From positions 71,537 through 131,455 of the forward strand of contig CAYRLY010000001.1 in NCBI GenBank assembly GCA_964425445.1: 59,919 nucleotides of DNA. The letters run 5' to 3'. Origin of the DNA: an uncultured Candidatus Saccharibacteria bacterium (GTDB lineage: Bacteria; Patescibacteriota; UBA1384; XYA2-FULL-43-10; CAINNR01). The notes beneath the pieces were generated by a model that saw nothing but the letters and a program-made list of their open reading frames with translations, did not search any database and had not been told where the DNA came from. The translations under genes were made by a program, and so were the position numbers. Shown here in pieces: positions 10,347 to 22,001 of the stretch; within the stretch, counting starts at the first letter, position 1; every line of letters begins with the position of its first letter.

Positions 10347-11525
10347 ATGAGATATAGAGTGAAAAAAGAGATGAAAAATACAGTAAATAAGTTTGTTGCC
10401 GGTTTGATTTTGACCTTGGTGCTGTTTTTCCCGTACTTCGTTTTTGCTGCCACCACAAGCGATCTTTACAATCAACAAAGTTCAATAGAGCAAGAAAAAA
10501 AACAGCTACTCACGATTAAACAGCAAAAACAGATTGAGGCTTCCGGACTGTCCTCGGAAATCAAAAGCATTTCTTCAACTATAAACCAGGTCGAGAGTGC
10601 AATCTCTCAAACTCAGAGAGAAATTTCAGAAACTAACGCAAAAATTGATGAGCTAAAAATTCAGATTCAGACTGAAGAGGCAAATTTAGCTCGTGAAAAG
10701 GAAAAACAGGGGGAGCTTTTAGCCAACTGGTATATGGATGGTGAGGCCGGAATGATGGAGGCGGTAATCGGATCTGACTCTCTTTCAGAAATGATGGATA
10801 GAACGAGATATTATGAAGCAGTTAGAGTTCAAATTGATTCAATGATTGAGAAAATAAATACTCTTAAAACTCAATTGAGCCAGGCTAAAAGTGAACAGGA
10901 AACAAAAAAGTTAGAATTACAGAACAAGCGAGATCTTCAAAAAAGACAAGAGTCGGCACTTGAGGATCAGAAATATACAAAAGATAGGCTTTATAGCAAC
11001 ACAGTTTCTACTATCAACGAATTATCAGCAAAGATAAAAGAAGCAGAGCGACGTGAGGCGCAGGTATTAAATGAGATTTCCCGACTTTTAGCTTCTCGCA
11101 GCAAAAACTGGGGAGCTGAACGTGGTAAAGGGCAAAGAGTAAACACTGGTGATCTCGTTGGAACAATGGGGTCAACAGGTTATTCCACTGGCGCTCATCT
11201 TCATTTTGAAGTTCGCAATTCTGGCGGTGGCTTAGTTAATCCAAGAAGCGTAATTGGTTCAAAATATATTTGGCCAACCATTTCCCAGAGAGTAACCCAA
11301 GAGTACGGTTGGACCAGTTATGCTCAGCAGGGAGCTTATAACGGGGGAATACATACAGGAATAGATATCGGAGCCCAGACTCCTGGTGTTTGGGGTGATC
11401 CGATCTTCGCCGCTGGGCCCGGAGAGATTGTTTTGAAACAGTATTATGGTGGTTATGGTTATGCCGTTGTTATTCTTCATGATGATGATTGGGTAACCTT
11501 ATATGGTCATTTAGGTAGCGCATGA
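10347..11525 (+). CDS. Coiled-coil M23/LytM-family peptidase (EnvC-like), with the catalytic halves in permuted order
   Basis: Signal/TM segment, a long coiled coil, then GSTGYSTGAHLHFEV (HxH half) placed before GIHTGIDIG...YGHLGSA* (HxxxD half). It lies downstream of ftsEX. The start may be ATG 10371. Confidence 0.8.
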   Translation: MRYRVKKEMKNTVNKFVAGLILTLVLFFPYFVFAATTSDLYNQQSSIEQEKKQLLTIKQQKQIEASGLSSEIKSISSTINQVESAISQTQREISETNAKIDELKIQIQTEEANLAREKEKQGELLANWYMDGEAGMMEAVIGSDSLSEMMDRTRYYEAVRVQIDSMIEKINTLKTQLSQAKSEQETKKLELQNKRDLQKRQESALEDQKYTKDRLYSNTVSTINELSAKIKEAERREAQVLNEISRLLASRSKNWGAERGKGQRVNTGDLVGTMGSTGYSTGAHLHFEVRNSGGGLVNPRSVIGSKYIWPTISQRVTQEYGWTSYAQQGAYNGGIHTGIDIGAQTPGVWGDPIFAAGPGEIVLKQYYGGYGYAVVILHDDDWVTLYGHLGSA

Positions 11526-11541
11526 TAGTTTTTACCAAGCA

Positions 11542-12753
11542 GTGAAAGAAAACAAAAAGGTTAAAATTTGGATCAAGATAATATCAGCAGTTCTATTGCT
11601 TTTTTTTGTTTTTATCGTTGGCTATGCGATTGGTGTGAAAGAGGGCAGAGATTTTTTGCCGCCAAATAATGTTAAAAATGCTAACAATGGGTCAGAGGTC
11701 GATTTTTCTCTTTTTTGGCAAGCTTGGAACAAAGCTAGGGAGTTGTATATCGGACAATCTGTTCCGCAAGAGATGCTTTACGGGGCAATTTCAGGAATGG
11801 TGGCTTCTCTCGGTGACCCATATACAGTATTTCTTAAGCCTTCTGATAATGAAAAGCTAGCCGCTGATCTTTCTGGCGAATTTGAAGGGATTGGCGCTGA
11901 GCTGACTATTAAAAATGATGCAATCGTTGTTGTCTCTCCGCTTTCGGGCACTCCATCAGAAAAAGCTGGCATTAAAGCAAAGGATATTATTATAAAAATT
12001 GATGGCGAAAGTACGGAGGACATGTCTCTTAATCAAGCAGTAGATAAAATTAGAGGGGAAGCTGGTACCACAGTAAAACTCACCATTATCCGAACGAAAA
12101 TCGATGAACCGATTGAAATCTCGATTGTTAGAGAAAATATTGAAGTTCCAAGTGTTACTCTTAACACCGAAATCATTGAGGGCAAAAAAATCGCCATCCT
12201 GAAAATCATCCAGTTTGGCGATGACACTGTTCAACTTACAACTAAATATGCTCAAGAAATTTCGAGTTCTGATATTGATGGTATCGTGCTGGATTTGCGT
12301 AACGATCCGGGTGGGTACCTTGATTCTTCTGTCAAGATTAGTGGACTTTTTATTGAAAAAGGTTCAGTCGCAGTTGTCGAGGTTGACAAAGGGGGTGGAA
12401 GAAAGGAGTATAAAACCGATAATGAGCCGATCCTGAAGGATTATCAAATTGTTACTTTAGTAAATGGGGGAACAGCTTCAGCGGCTGAGATTGTTGCCGG
12501 AGCTTTATATGATCATGGTCGCACAAACATTATCGGTGAAAAAACTTTTGGCAAGGGAAGTGTTCAGGCTCTAGAACCTTTGATTTTTGGTTCGTCGCTA
12601 AAAGTAACTATTGCGAAATGGTTGACACCCAAAGGTAGTGAGATTGATGGAGTGGGTATAAAGCCCGATTTTGAGATAAAAAATGAAAATAGTGACGCTG
12701 ATTTGCAGCTGGAAAAGGCGAAAAGCGCATTGTTAGAAAAAATTAATAGATAA
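11542..12753 (+). CDS. ctpA: Carboxy-terminal processing protease (S41) with PDZ domain
   Basis: 403 aa with an N-terminal TM segment, PDZ (GIGAEL..., SPAEKAGIKAKD-like) and the S41 core (DLRNDPGGYL, GGTASAAEI, GEKTFGKGS). Confidence 0.87.
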   Translation: MKENKKVKIWIKIISAVLLLFFVFIVGYAIGVKEGRDFLPPNNVKNANNGSEVDFSLFWQAWNKARELYIGQSVPQEMLYGAISGMVASLGDPYTVFLKPSDNEKLAADLSGEFEGIGAELTIKNDAIVVVSPLSGTPSEKAGIKAKDIIIKIDGESTEDMSLNQAVDKIRGEAGTTVKLTIIRTKIDEPIEISIVRENIEVPSVTLNTEIIEGKKIAILKIIQFGDDTVQLTTKYAQEISSSDIDGIVLDLRNDPGGYLDSSVKISGLFIEKGSVAVVEVDKGGGRKEYKTDNEPILKDYQIVTLVNGGTASAAEIVAGALYDHGRTNIIGEKTFGKGSVQALEPLIFGSSLKVTIAKWLTPKGSEIDGVGIKPDFEIKNENSDADLQLEKAKSALLEKINR

Positions 12754-12765
12754 TTGGAGATATGT

Positions 12766-13212
12766 ATGAAAGTAGTTTTGATTTCAAATATTAAAAATAT
12801 TGGTCAAAAAGGTGATGAGAAAGAGGTTAAACCCGGTTTTGCTAGAAATTACCTCCTGCCTCGAGGACTTGCAGTATTAGCGGATAGCGTTGAGGCGACT
12901 AAAATTCTTTCCGAAGCGAAAAAGAAAAACGAGGAAAAAATCAAAAATGTGGAGAAAGCACAGATTAATTTATCAAAAATTACAGAAAAAGAATTTACAT
13001 TCAAGCGCAAGGCATCGAAGAGCGGTAAATTGTATGGTGGCATAAGTAAAAAGGAAATTTTAGAAGTAATTGAACAAAAAACTGGTGTGCAAATAGAGGA
13101 AATTTTTGGTGATTTTCCAATTAAAAATCTTGGTGAACATCAATTGCAGATCGATTCACCTGGAGGGGAAAATTTGGAACTCAAGATCGTTGTTGAAGCT
13201 GATGCTGGATAA
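12766..13212 (+). CDS. rplI: Ribosomal protein L9
   Basis: MKVVLISNIKNIGQKGDEKEVKPGFARNYLLPRGLA is the canonical L9 N-terminus. ATG 12766 follows GGAGA, so the track TTG 12754 looks like an over-extension. Confidence 0.9.
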   Translation: MKVVLISNIKNIGQKGDEKEVKPGFARNYLLPRGLAVLADSVEATKILSEAKKKNEEKIKNVEKAQINLSKITEKEFTFKRKASKSGKLYGGISKKEILEVIEQKTGVQIEEIFGDFPIKNLGEHQLQIDSPGGENLELKIVVEADAG

Positions 13213-13272
13213 AATTCGCGAAATAAATTATAATTTTATTAGGGCTACCGCTTAGTGCTATAGGAGGGGAAA

Positions 13273-15339
13273 TTGGTAGATATTAGTGCCAAGAGTTCAT
13301 CAAGCCCTTGGGATGAGCCGCTTGACGAAAAAATTAATGAGAAACCAAAAAACCCAACTGTTGTTGGTGATCTTGATTTTAACAAGCAAGCTGATACCCA
13401 AAAAGGTCAATCGGCCGAAGCTTTGAAAGTTCCTAATAAAGTTGAAGAAAAAGTCGGGGCGAAAATTGATGCAAAAGAGGTCGTTCCGCAGACTGAGGAG
13501 ATTAAAGTTAACAATCAGCAAACAATAACTCCACGGTCAGAAGAGAGTAATAAAACAAATCAACCTTCCGATTTTTGGCAGAGTGCGTATAGTCGCAGTA
13601 ACAATAATTCGAACGCGGGGAATCCTGCTCCGATACAAACAACTCCACAGCCGATGGAAACAATTTCGTCTCCGGTGGCACAGTCAGTTTCCAATCAGCC
13701 TAATAACCAACCTGTTCCTTCTCAGAGTAAGCCGACAGTTAATCAGTCTCGAGCGGTTGGACAAAGTAATAATTTTTATCAGCCGATTCCTTCGGGCAGC
13801 GTGAATAAAGCCATCGGAAAAACCGTGGCTGCCCAGACTAAATCACCACCGCCAAAAGCGCAAAAAATCCCGACCCCTAAGATACAAAAAATTAAAATAA
13901 TAATCACTGCAGCAGCCGTGGGCGTTTTTATGCTTTTTGTTGGTGGTATTTATCTAACTGAGGCTGGATTGATTTCAGTTGGTCTGGAAAAATTTTATGG
14001 TCTCTTGCATCTGGAAGCTATTTGGGGAGGATTGCCAAATAATTCTCAAAATGCACTCGCAATATCTGCCTCTGAGATGACAAAAAAAGATAGCTACAAA
14101 GTCACCGCAAATGCGACGATGATAATTAATCGCGGTGTGAAGTCTGATCTAATATCTCCAATTGTCGCAGCAGGAACATTTCCGGTTTTTGCTCTTAGAG
14201 ACCAGCAGATAGGAGAAGGGATTAAAGCAATTTTCGCAGCTGTAGATGAGGAATTTATTGAAAATGAATTAGTGGAAGATTTTGATCAATCCGAAGAATC
14301 CGACTTTTCTGATTCAGAAGCGGAAGACAGTTTGCCAGCAACTCCCACTCCCAGCCAGAGCAGTAGCCAAGAATCTCTCGATTCTACCAGTGCAACAAAA
14401 AAGAAGCCGACTGTGGAGGAATTTGAAGTAAATTTAACTTCAGGTTTTGATCATAAAGTTAGTGGGGCAAAAATAAATTTATCCTCAACAAGTAAGTCCA
14501 GTTCAACATTGGATTTAGTTTATTCTAGCGGTAAATTGTATGTAAAAACATCAAAAGATATTGTATTTGATCCGCTTATTTCTGGCAGTTGGCTGGCCTA
14601 TGACTTAAAGAAATTCAAAGATCCTTCTCCGTCTAATAAGTTTTGGTCCAGTAATTTCACCAATTCAGATTTTTCACTTGTCGGAAAGCGCGTAGGTAAT
14701 GAAACAATCTCTGGTGTCAGATGTTTCCGTTACTCGGCGATTGCGACTGTCGGAGAAGCATTATCCGATTTTGGCTTATCTTCCGATTCTCTTTCCAGTC
14801 TTGAGGTGGAATATTGGATTGGCGCTAAAGATCATTTAGTATACCAAATGAAAATCAAAGCGATCCCGACTTCGAAGTCGGCAATATCGAGGCTTGATAT
14901 CGTATTAAATTTCTCTGATTATGGTTCTGGCGACAGTGGTTTTATATTGCCAGCGACATCAACAACTGCAAATCTTGGGGCCAACACGATAGACGGCCAG
15001 CCAACAACTGCTGATCTAACAACTTCAGAAGCTCGTGATACAAAAAGAAAGTCAGACCTGGCTAATATTGCTAAAGCGCTTGATAGTTATCAAACAAATA
15101 CTGGGCAATATCCAATTTCTACAAACGAGAAAACATCCTCTTCCGCCGGCACTCTTTATAAGAGTCTTGTACCTAACTATATCACTCTACTACCCCTTGA
15201 CCCGCTTGACCCAACCTACTATTATGGATATGATTCAGATGGCAGGAGTTATACATTATCTGCAGTTTTGGAGGATGCCAATGACTCTGATGGTAGGAAT
15301 ATTGGCAACAAAAATATTTATTTTTTAAAGAGCCAGTAA
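13273..15339 (+). CDS. Membrane-anchored protein of unknown function with a C-terminal pilin-like globular domain
   Basis: 688 aa. It has a low-complexity Q/N/P-rich N-terminus and one TM segment (IKIIITAAAVGVFMLFVGGIYL). The C-terminus, EARDTKRKSDLANIAKALDSYQTNTGQYP, mirrors the motif of the pilin at 56758. Confidence 0.55.
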   Translation: MVDISAKSSSSPWDEPLDEKINEKPKNPTVVGDLDFNKQADTQKGQSAEALKVPNKVEEKVGAKIDAKEVVPQTEEIKVNNQQTITPRSEESNKTNQPSDFWQSAYSRSNNNSNAGNPAPIQTTPQPMETISSPVAQSVSNQPNNQPVPSQSKPTVNQSRAVGQSNNFYQPIPSGSVNKAIGKTVAAQTKSPPPKAQKIPTPKIQKIKIIITAAAVGVFMLFVGGIYLTEAGLISVGLEKFYGLLHLEAIWGGLPNNSQNALAISASEMTKKDSYKVTANATMIINRGVKSDLISPIVAAGTFPVFALRDQQIGEGIKAIFAAVDEEFIENELVEDFDQSEESDFSDSEAEDSLPATPTPSQSSSQESLDSTSATKKKPTVEEFEVNLTSGFDHKVSGAKINLSSTSKSSSTLDLVYSSGKLYVKTSKDIVFDPLISGSWLAYDLKKFKDPSPSNKFWSSNFTNSDFSLVGKRVGNETISGVRCFRYSAIATVGEALSDFGLSSDSLSSLEVEYWIGAKDHLVYQMKIKAIPTSKSAISRLDIVLNFSDYGSGDSGFILPATSTTANLGANTIDGQPTTADLTTSEARDTKRKSDLANIAKALDSYQTNTGQYPISTNEKTSSSAGTLYKSLVPNYITLLPLDPLDPTYYYGYDSDGRSYTLSAVLEDANDSDGRNIGNKNIYFLKSQ

Positions 15340-15348
15340 AGGAGTGAC

Positions 15349-15903
15349 ATGTCAGTAATATGGATTTTAGTCGTTGTAATTGCCGTGATTTTGTTCGGAG
15401 TTATTGCGATATTTAATCGTCTAGTTGGCCTAAAAAATCGTACCGATGAAGCCTGGAGCGATATTGACGTTCAGCTTAAGCGGAGATATGATCTAATCCC
15501 AAATTTGATAGAGACGGTAAAAGGTTATGCAAAACATGAAAAAGAGCTTTTTGAAAAAGTCACACAAGCTCGAACAGAGGCGATGAAGTCTAAAGGGCTG
15601 GTTGATAAGGCTAAAGCAGAAAATCAGATCACTGAGGCGCTAAAAAGCGTTTTTGCCGTGGCGGAAAATTACCCGAACCTAAAAGCAAATGAAAACTTTG
15701 TTGAGTTGCAGAAAGAGGTCACTGATACCGAGGACAAAATCCAGGCTTCCAGAAGATTTTATAATGCCAATGTCAGAGATTTGAATATCGCGATCGAGAG
15801 TTTCCCATCTAATGTTGTTGCTGGAGTTTTTGGTTATAAAAAGAGGGAGCTTTTCGAGCTTGAAGATGTTGGCGAGAGAAAAAACGTAGAGGTTAAGTTT
15901 TAA
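15349..15903 (+). CDS. lemA: LemA family protein
   Basis: 184 aa with an N-terminal TM segment and the typical LemA pattern (RRYDLIPNLIETVKGYAKHE, RRFYNANVRDLN). Confidence 0.85.
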   Translation: MSVIWILVVVIAVILFGVIAIFNRLVGLKNRTDEAWSDIDVQLKRRYDLIPNLIETVKGYAKHEKELFEKVTQARTEAMKSKGLVDKAKAENQITEALKSVFAVAENYPNLKANENFVELQKEVTDTEDKIQASRRFYNANVRDLNIAIESFPSNVVAGVFGYKKRELFELEDVGERKNVEVKF

Positions 15904-15920
15904 ATAGTATTAAAATAGGA

Positions 15921-16265
15921 GTGTTTATGCCAGAGGAGACAAAAACAGGTGGGAATGACCAAAATCAAATGGCCATGATCGCCCACCTTTTGGGTATTGT
16001 GATTGGCTTCGTTGGTCCGTTGATAATTTATTTAACAGCCAAAGACAAGCCATTTGTATATGAACAATCAAAAGAAGCATTAAATTTTCAAATCACAATA
16101 TTAATCGCATACATCGCCGCTTTCATGCTGTCACTAATTGGTATTGGTATATTTTTAACTCCGTTGGTTTGGGTTGCGAACGTAGTCTTTTGCATAATTG
16201 CTGGAATGGCTGCCAATAAGGGTGAAAAGTATAGATACCCATTTGCAATTCGCTTAATAAATTAG
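15921..16265 (+). CDS. Small multi-pass membrane protein (DUF4870-like)
   Basis: 114 aa with hydrophobic helices and the ...SKEALNFQIT... and ...YRYPFAIRLI patterns seen in DUF4870-type proteins. Assigned by eye. Confidence 0.55.
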   Translation: MFMPEETKTGGNDQNQMAMIAHLLGIVIGFVGPLIIYLTAKDKPFVYEQSKEALNFQITILIAYIAAFMLSLIGIGIFLTPLVWVANVVFCIIAGMAANKGEKYRYPFAIRLIN

Positions 16266-16278
16266 CTCGGAGGTCATC

Positions 16279-16569
16279 TTGAATTATAAAGAGAGGCTTA
16301 TCGCGTTTCTTTCCTATTTGTCTATTTTGTTTCTTATTCCGTTGAAACGCTTTAGAAAAAGTGAGTTTATTTATTATCATGCGAAGCAGGGGTTGGGACT
16401 TTTTATTTTCTCTATGATTATTATATTTCTCTTTTGGCTTCCAATAGTTGGTTGGGTAGCTGTTATGGCTTTTCTAGTACTTTGGTTCACCGGGATAATG
16501 AATGTTTTGACTGGTAAGAAGGAACCACTACCTGTAATTGGTCGAATTTCTGAGAAAGTGTCTATTTAG
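16279..16569 (+). CDS. Small multi-pass membrane protein
   Basis: 96 aa and mostly hydrophobic, with a YHAKQGL motif. It is probably related to the preceding ORF. Confidence 0.45.
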   Translation: MNYKERLIAFLSYLSILFLIPLKRFRKSEFIYYHAKQGLGLFIFSMIIIFLFWLPIVGWVAVMAFLVLWFTGIMNVLTGKKEPLPVIGRISEKVSI

Positions 16570-16613
16570 TTTTCAACCAAGTGCCTTTTGTTAAGAATAC
16601 TGGGCTTATTTTT

Positions 16614-17492
16614 ATGACTCTTTATACACAAGTTGAAACAAATAAAAGAAAAACGTTTTTCTACGTTTTTCTTTTTTTGGTCTTCATTATTCTTTTAGGT
16701 TGGATCTTTTCTTGGATATATGATTCTCAGATAATTTTGTATATCGCAATAATTATCAGTATTTCTCAGGCGCTTTCTAGTTATTATATCGGAGACAAAA
16801 TAGCCTTAGCTATCAGTCATGCAGTCCCAGCCGCAAGAGAAGAATATACGGAACTACATCGTTTGGTCGAAAATTTGGCTTTAACTGCTGGCTTGCCGAA
16901 GCCTGATGTATACATTATACCGGATGACGCCCCCAACGCCTTTGCTACCGGCAGAGATCCAAAACATGCTTCTATAGCGGTAACTAGGGGGCTGTTAAAC
17001 ATTCTTGAAAAAAAAGAGCTTGAGGGGGTTGTTTCTCACGAGCTGGCGCATATAGGTAATCGAGATTCACTTCTTATGGTGGTGGTTGTTGTTCTTGTTG
17101 GGGTGATTTCTATTCTGTCTGATTTTTTTCTCCGCATGCGTTTTTGGGGGCTCGGCGACAGTCGGGATAAAAATTCCTCTGGTCTTATGCTAATAATAAC
17201 ACTGGCAATTGCAATATTGGCGCCGATTGCTGCCATCTTGATCCAGTTGGCAATCTCTCGTAAACGAGAATTTATGGCTGATGCCAGTGGCGCATTATTG
17301 ACTCGATACCCCCAAGGTCTGGCTGGTGCCCTAAAAAAACTTTCTTCTGACAAAAGACAAATGAAATATGCTAATGATTCAACATCTCTACTTTATATCA
17401 GTAATCCGATGAAACGTAAATCCTGGATATCAAATTTGTTTTCGACTCACCCTCCTGCCGAAGAGAGAATAGCGTTATTGGAGAAAATGTAA
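16614..17492 (+). CDS. htpX: Zinc metalloprotease HtpX (M48)
   Basis: HELAHIGNRD zinc motif, four TM segments, and C-terminal STHPPAEERI. The start is ATG 16614 or GTG 16581. Confidence 0.85.
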   Translation: MTLYTQVETNKRKTFFYVFLFLVFIILLGWIFSWIYDSQIILYIAIIISISQALSSYYIGDKIALAISHAVPAAREEYTELHRLVENLALTAGLPKPDVYIIPDDAPNAFATGRDPKHASIAVTRGLLNILEKKELEGVVSHELAHIGNRDSLLMVVVVVLVGVISILSDFFLRMRFWGLGDSRDKNSSGLMLIITLAIAILAPIAAILIQLAISRKREFMADASGALLTRYPQGLAGALKKLSSDKRQMKYANDSTSLLYISNPMKRKSWISNLFSTHPPAEERIALLEKM

Positions 17493-17884
17493 TGTCAAAC
17501 CAAGGTTTTAGTAGTTCTCGCCAACTTTCATCAAACATTGAAATGCAGATTTCTGAAGTCGAAAAGATTATTAGGAAATTTTTTCAGTCGAAAGATTTTG
17601 ATCAAAAGAAAATTCTACAAGAGATTACAAATTTTCTTGGCGCTGAAAACGTTGACGAATCGATGTTGAATTTTGCTGTCAGACAATCAACAGAGAAAGC
17701 AAAAAAGCTTTTTGAACAAGAAAAAATTGACCAAATTGCGTTAAATGGCGCGATAAAATTGATAGTTGATTGGTCATTTATCAAGATAAAAGCAAAACAA
17801 AAAACTGAAACTAATGTGAAAACTGACGAGATTCAGATAGGCAGCAACAAACCAAAAGGGCCGAGTATTAGTTCTTTACTTTGA
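17492..17884 (+). CDS. Hypothetical protein
   Basis: 130-aa ORF whose ATG overlaps the htpX stop (TAATG). No family recognised. Confidence 0.4.
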   Translation: MSNQGFSSSRQLSSNIEMQISEVEKIIRKFFQSKDFDQKKILQEITNFLGAENVDESMLNFAVRQSTEKAKKLFEQEKIDQIALNGAIKLIVDWSFIKIKAKQKTETNVKTDEIQIGSNKPKGPSISSLL

Positions 17885-18457
17885 GGAAACGACTAACGAT
17901 CCACTGTTTTCATTAGCGTCATAGGTGAAAATTAAGTAATATTCGCTATTCTCCATATTCGCAATTTGACTTCCTCCAGAACTCATATTACCGGTTTCGC
18001 TCCAGCCGGATTTTTCTAATTCTGATGTGTAGCTATCATAGGCTCCACTTTTAACGTCGGTAAAACTGACACTCCAATTTGTGCTGTCGCCAGATGATGA
18101 CTTGGAGGATATTTCAATACTTCCATAGGTGAATTTTGGTACACTTGAGGGCATATCCTCAGGCCATTCGTTGTTGCCAGTCATCGAATATGAGCCATCT
18201 TCGGTTTCGATTGAAAAATCTTCACCTTCTGAATCTATATCGACTTTCCCACCAGTTGCCCCTTCGATTAACGATTCTGTTGTTTGTTCCGCAACCTTAT
18301 TTAGTAAAAAACGACTAACTAAATAACCACCAATCGACAAAATAGCTAAAACTACCACGACGATGATTATTATCGTCACTGCCGTTTTTGACCCTTTGTT
18401 TGAACTTTGGGTTTGTTGCGGCGCTGGTGTTTGTTGATCTGTCATTTTCCTCCTCAT
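17876..18457 (-). CDS. Hypothetical membrane-anchored secreted protein
   Basis: 193 aa with an N-terminal TM segment (AVTIIIIVVVVLAILSIGGYLV) and an S/T/E-rich ectodomain. It is convergent with the upstream gene. Confidence 0.5.
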   Translation of the reverse strand: MRRKMTDQQTPAPQQTQSSNKGSKTAVTIIIIVVVVLAILSIGGYLVSRFLLNKVAEQTTESLIEGATGGKVDIDSEGEDFSIETEDGSYSMTGNNEWPEDMPSSVPKFTYGSIEISSKSSSGDSTNWSVSFTDVKSGAYDSYTSELEKSGWSETGNMSSGGSQIANMENSEYYLIFTYDANENSGSLVVSSK

Positions 18458-18557
18458 TAATACTAATATTATCAGCTAATATTATCTCACAAATTTTACT
18501 AATTAAAAAATACACTTATCTGCTATAATTGAAACGTAAGTATTAGTTACAGGTAAA

Positions 18558-21102
<2,545 letters not shown>

Positions 21103-21105
21103 AAA

Positions 21106-21127
21106 TCCCACTCCTTGTGGAGTGGGA
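21106..21127. terminator. Hairpin between the convergent ligA and GC-rich orphan genes
   Basis: TCCCACTCC-TTGT-GGAGTGGGA is a perfect 9-bp stem. It is preceded by an A-run on the + strand. Confidence 0.6.
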
Positions 21128-21133
21128 CGGTAC

Positions 21134-21547
21134 TCACTTCCTACTTCTTGGGCGGCTTTTCGGCCTGCTCTCAACGAGATGTTTCTCGTATCTTGTTGGC
21201 CTGATCCTGAAGACGCGAAGTAGCGAGAGTCTCGCTTGGGGGTCGTAGCCATTGCCTCGTATGTGCTTAGCTATGGCACGTTTCGGTAAGTGCAGTTTGC
21301 TCCTGTTGACTTCTACAGAAAGCAACCCCTCGCATGGTCTGACCACTACAACTTCTCGGTGGGCGAGGACCGCGAAGCAGATCAGTTTTGCCTTTTGGTC
21401 GAACCAGGAATCTCGAAGTTCCTCATCGCCCTCTTCCTCGGCCTGATGTGCCCGATGGTTGGCTTCGGTGGCCAAGTCCATCAGGCCTTCGGCCGAAGAT
21501 ATTGCTTCGAGCGCGAAGTCTAATGTTCTGCTGGAGGTTCTGAGCAT
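21134..21547 (-). CDS. GC-rich orphan protein (137 aa)
   Basis: AGGAGG (rc of 21556-21561) lies 8 nt before the ATG. TATTGACA-type -35 elements are upstream at 21610-21626. Composition is strikingly GC-rich against the flanks. No family recognised. Confidence 0.55.
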   Translation of the reverse strand: MLRTSSRTLDFALEAISSAEGLMDLATEANHRAHQAEEEGDEELRDSWFDQKAKLICFAVLAHREVVVVRPCEGLLSVEVNRSKLHLPKRAIAKHIRGNGYDPQARLSLLRVFRIRPTRYEKHLVESRPKSRPRSRK

Positions 21548-21630
21548 GAATTCTGCCTCCTACATTGGGGGTGTGGCGTCATATAAATACTAATATTTGA
21601 TATATACTTTGTCAAAATTGTCAATAAATC

Positions 21631-21659
21631 TTGAATCATTTACCTCGTAGTGCTAGAAT
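21631..21659 (+). promoter_or_regulatory. Sigma70-like promoter for gatC
   Basis: TTGAAT-N17-TAGAAT. The gatC ATG at 21670 is only ~10 nt after the -10 box, implying a very short or absent leader. Confidence 0.4.
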
Positions 21660-21669
21660 ACGAATAAAT

Positions 21670-21999
21670 ATGATTGAAAAAAATAAAAAATCAGGAGATA
21701 CGTCCTGGGTGTTAAATGTCGCTCAGCTTGCTAGAATTGAGCTAAATAAACTTGAGCAAAAGAAATTTGCTGATCAACTTGGTGCAGTTCTTTCCAACTT
21801 TGAACTATTAAATAAAATCAATACTACAAATATAGAAGTAACTTCCCAAGTTGCTGGACTTTCAAATATTTTTCGCAAAGACGAGATAAAAAATCCGGCC
21901 GGGGGAAAAATCCGTGATGATCTTTTATCGAATTGTCCGCAAGTTGAGGACGGCTCCATTAAGGTTCCTGAAGTTTTTGATTTTGGAGGTAAAAAATAA
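21670..21999 (+). CDS. gatC: Asp/Glu-tRNA amidotransferase subunit C
   Basis: ...VLNVAQLARIELNKLEQKKFADQLGAVLSNFELLNKI... is a typical GatC. It lies directly upstream of gatA. The track TTG 21631 coincides with the promoter. Confidence 0.8.
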   Translation: MIEKNKKSGDTSWVLNVAQLARIELNKLEQKKFADQLGAVLSNFELLNKINTTNIEVTSQVAGLSNIFRKDEIKNPAGGKIRDDLLSNCPQVEDGSIKVPEVFDFGGKK

Positions 22000-22001
22000 A
22001 T

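Noticed and set aside
21252-21523. Plus-strand ORFs inside GC island 1 (21252-21446, 21290-21523), and the multiple overlapping frames in island 2 (29172-29530)
   Set aside because: GC-rich DNA keeps many frames open by chance. Only the minus-strand frames have a canonical AGGAGG at proper spacing and a promoter-like box, so those were reported instead.
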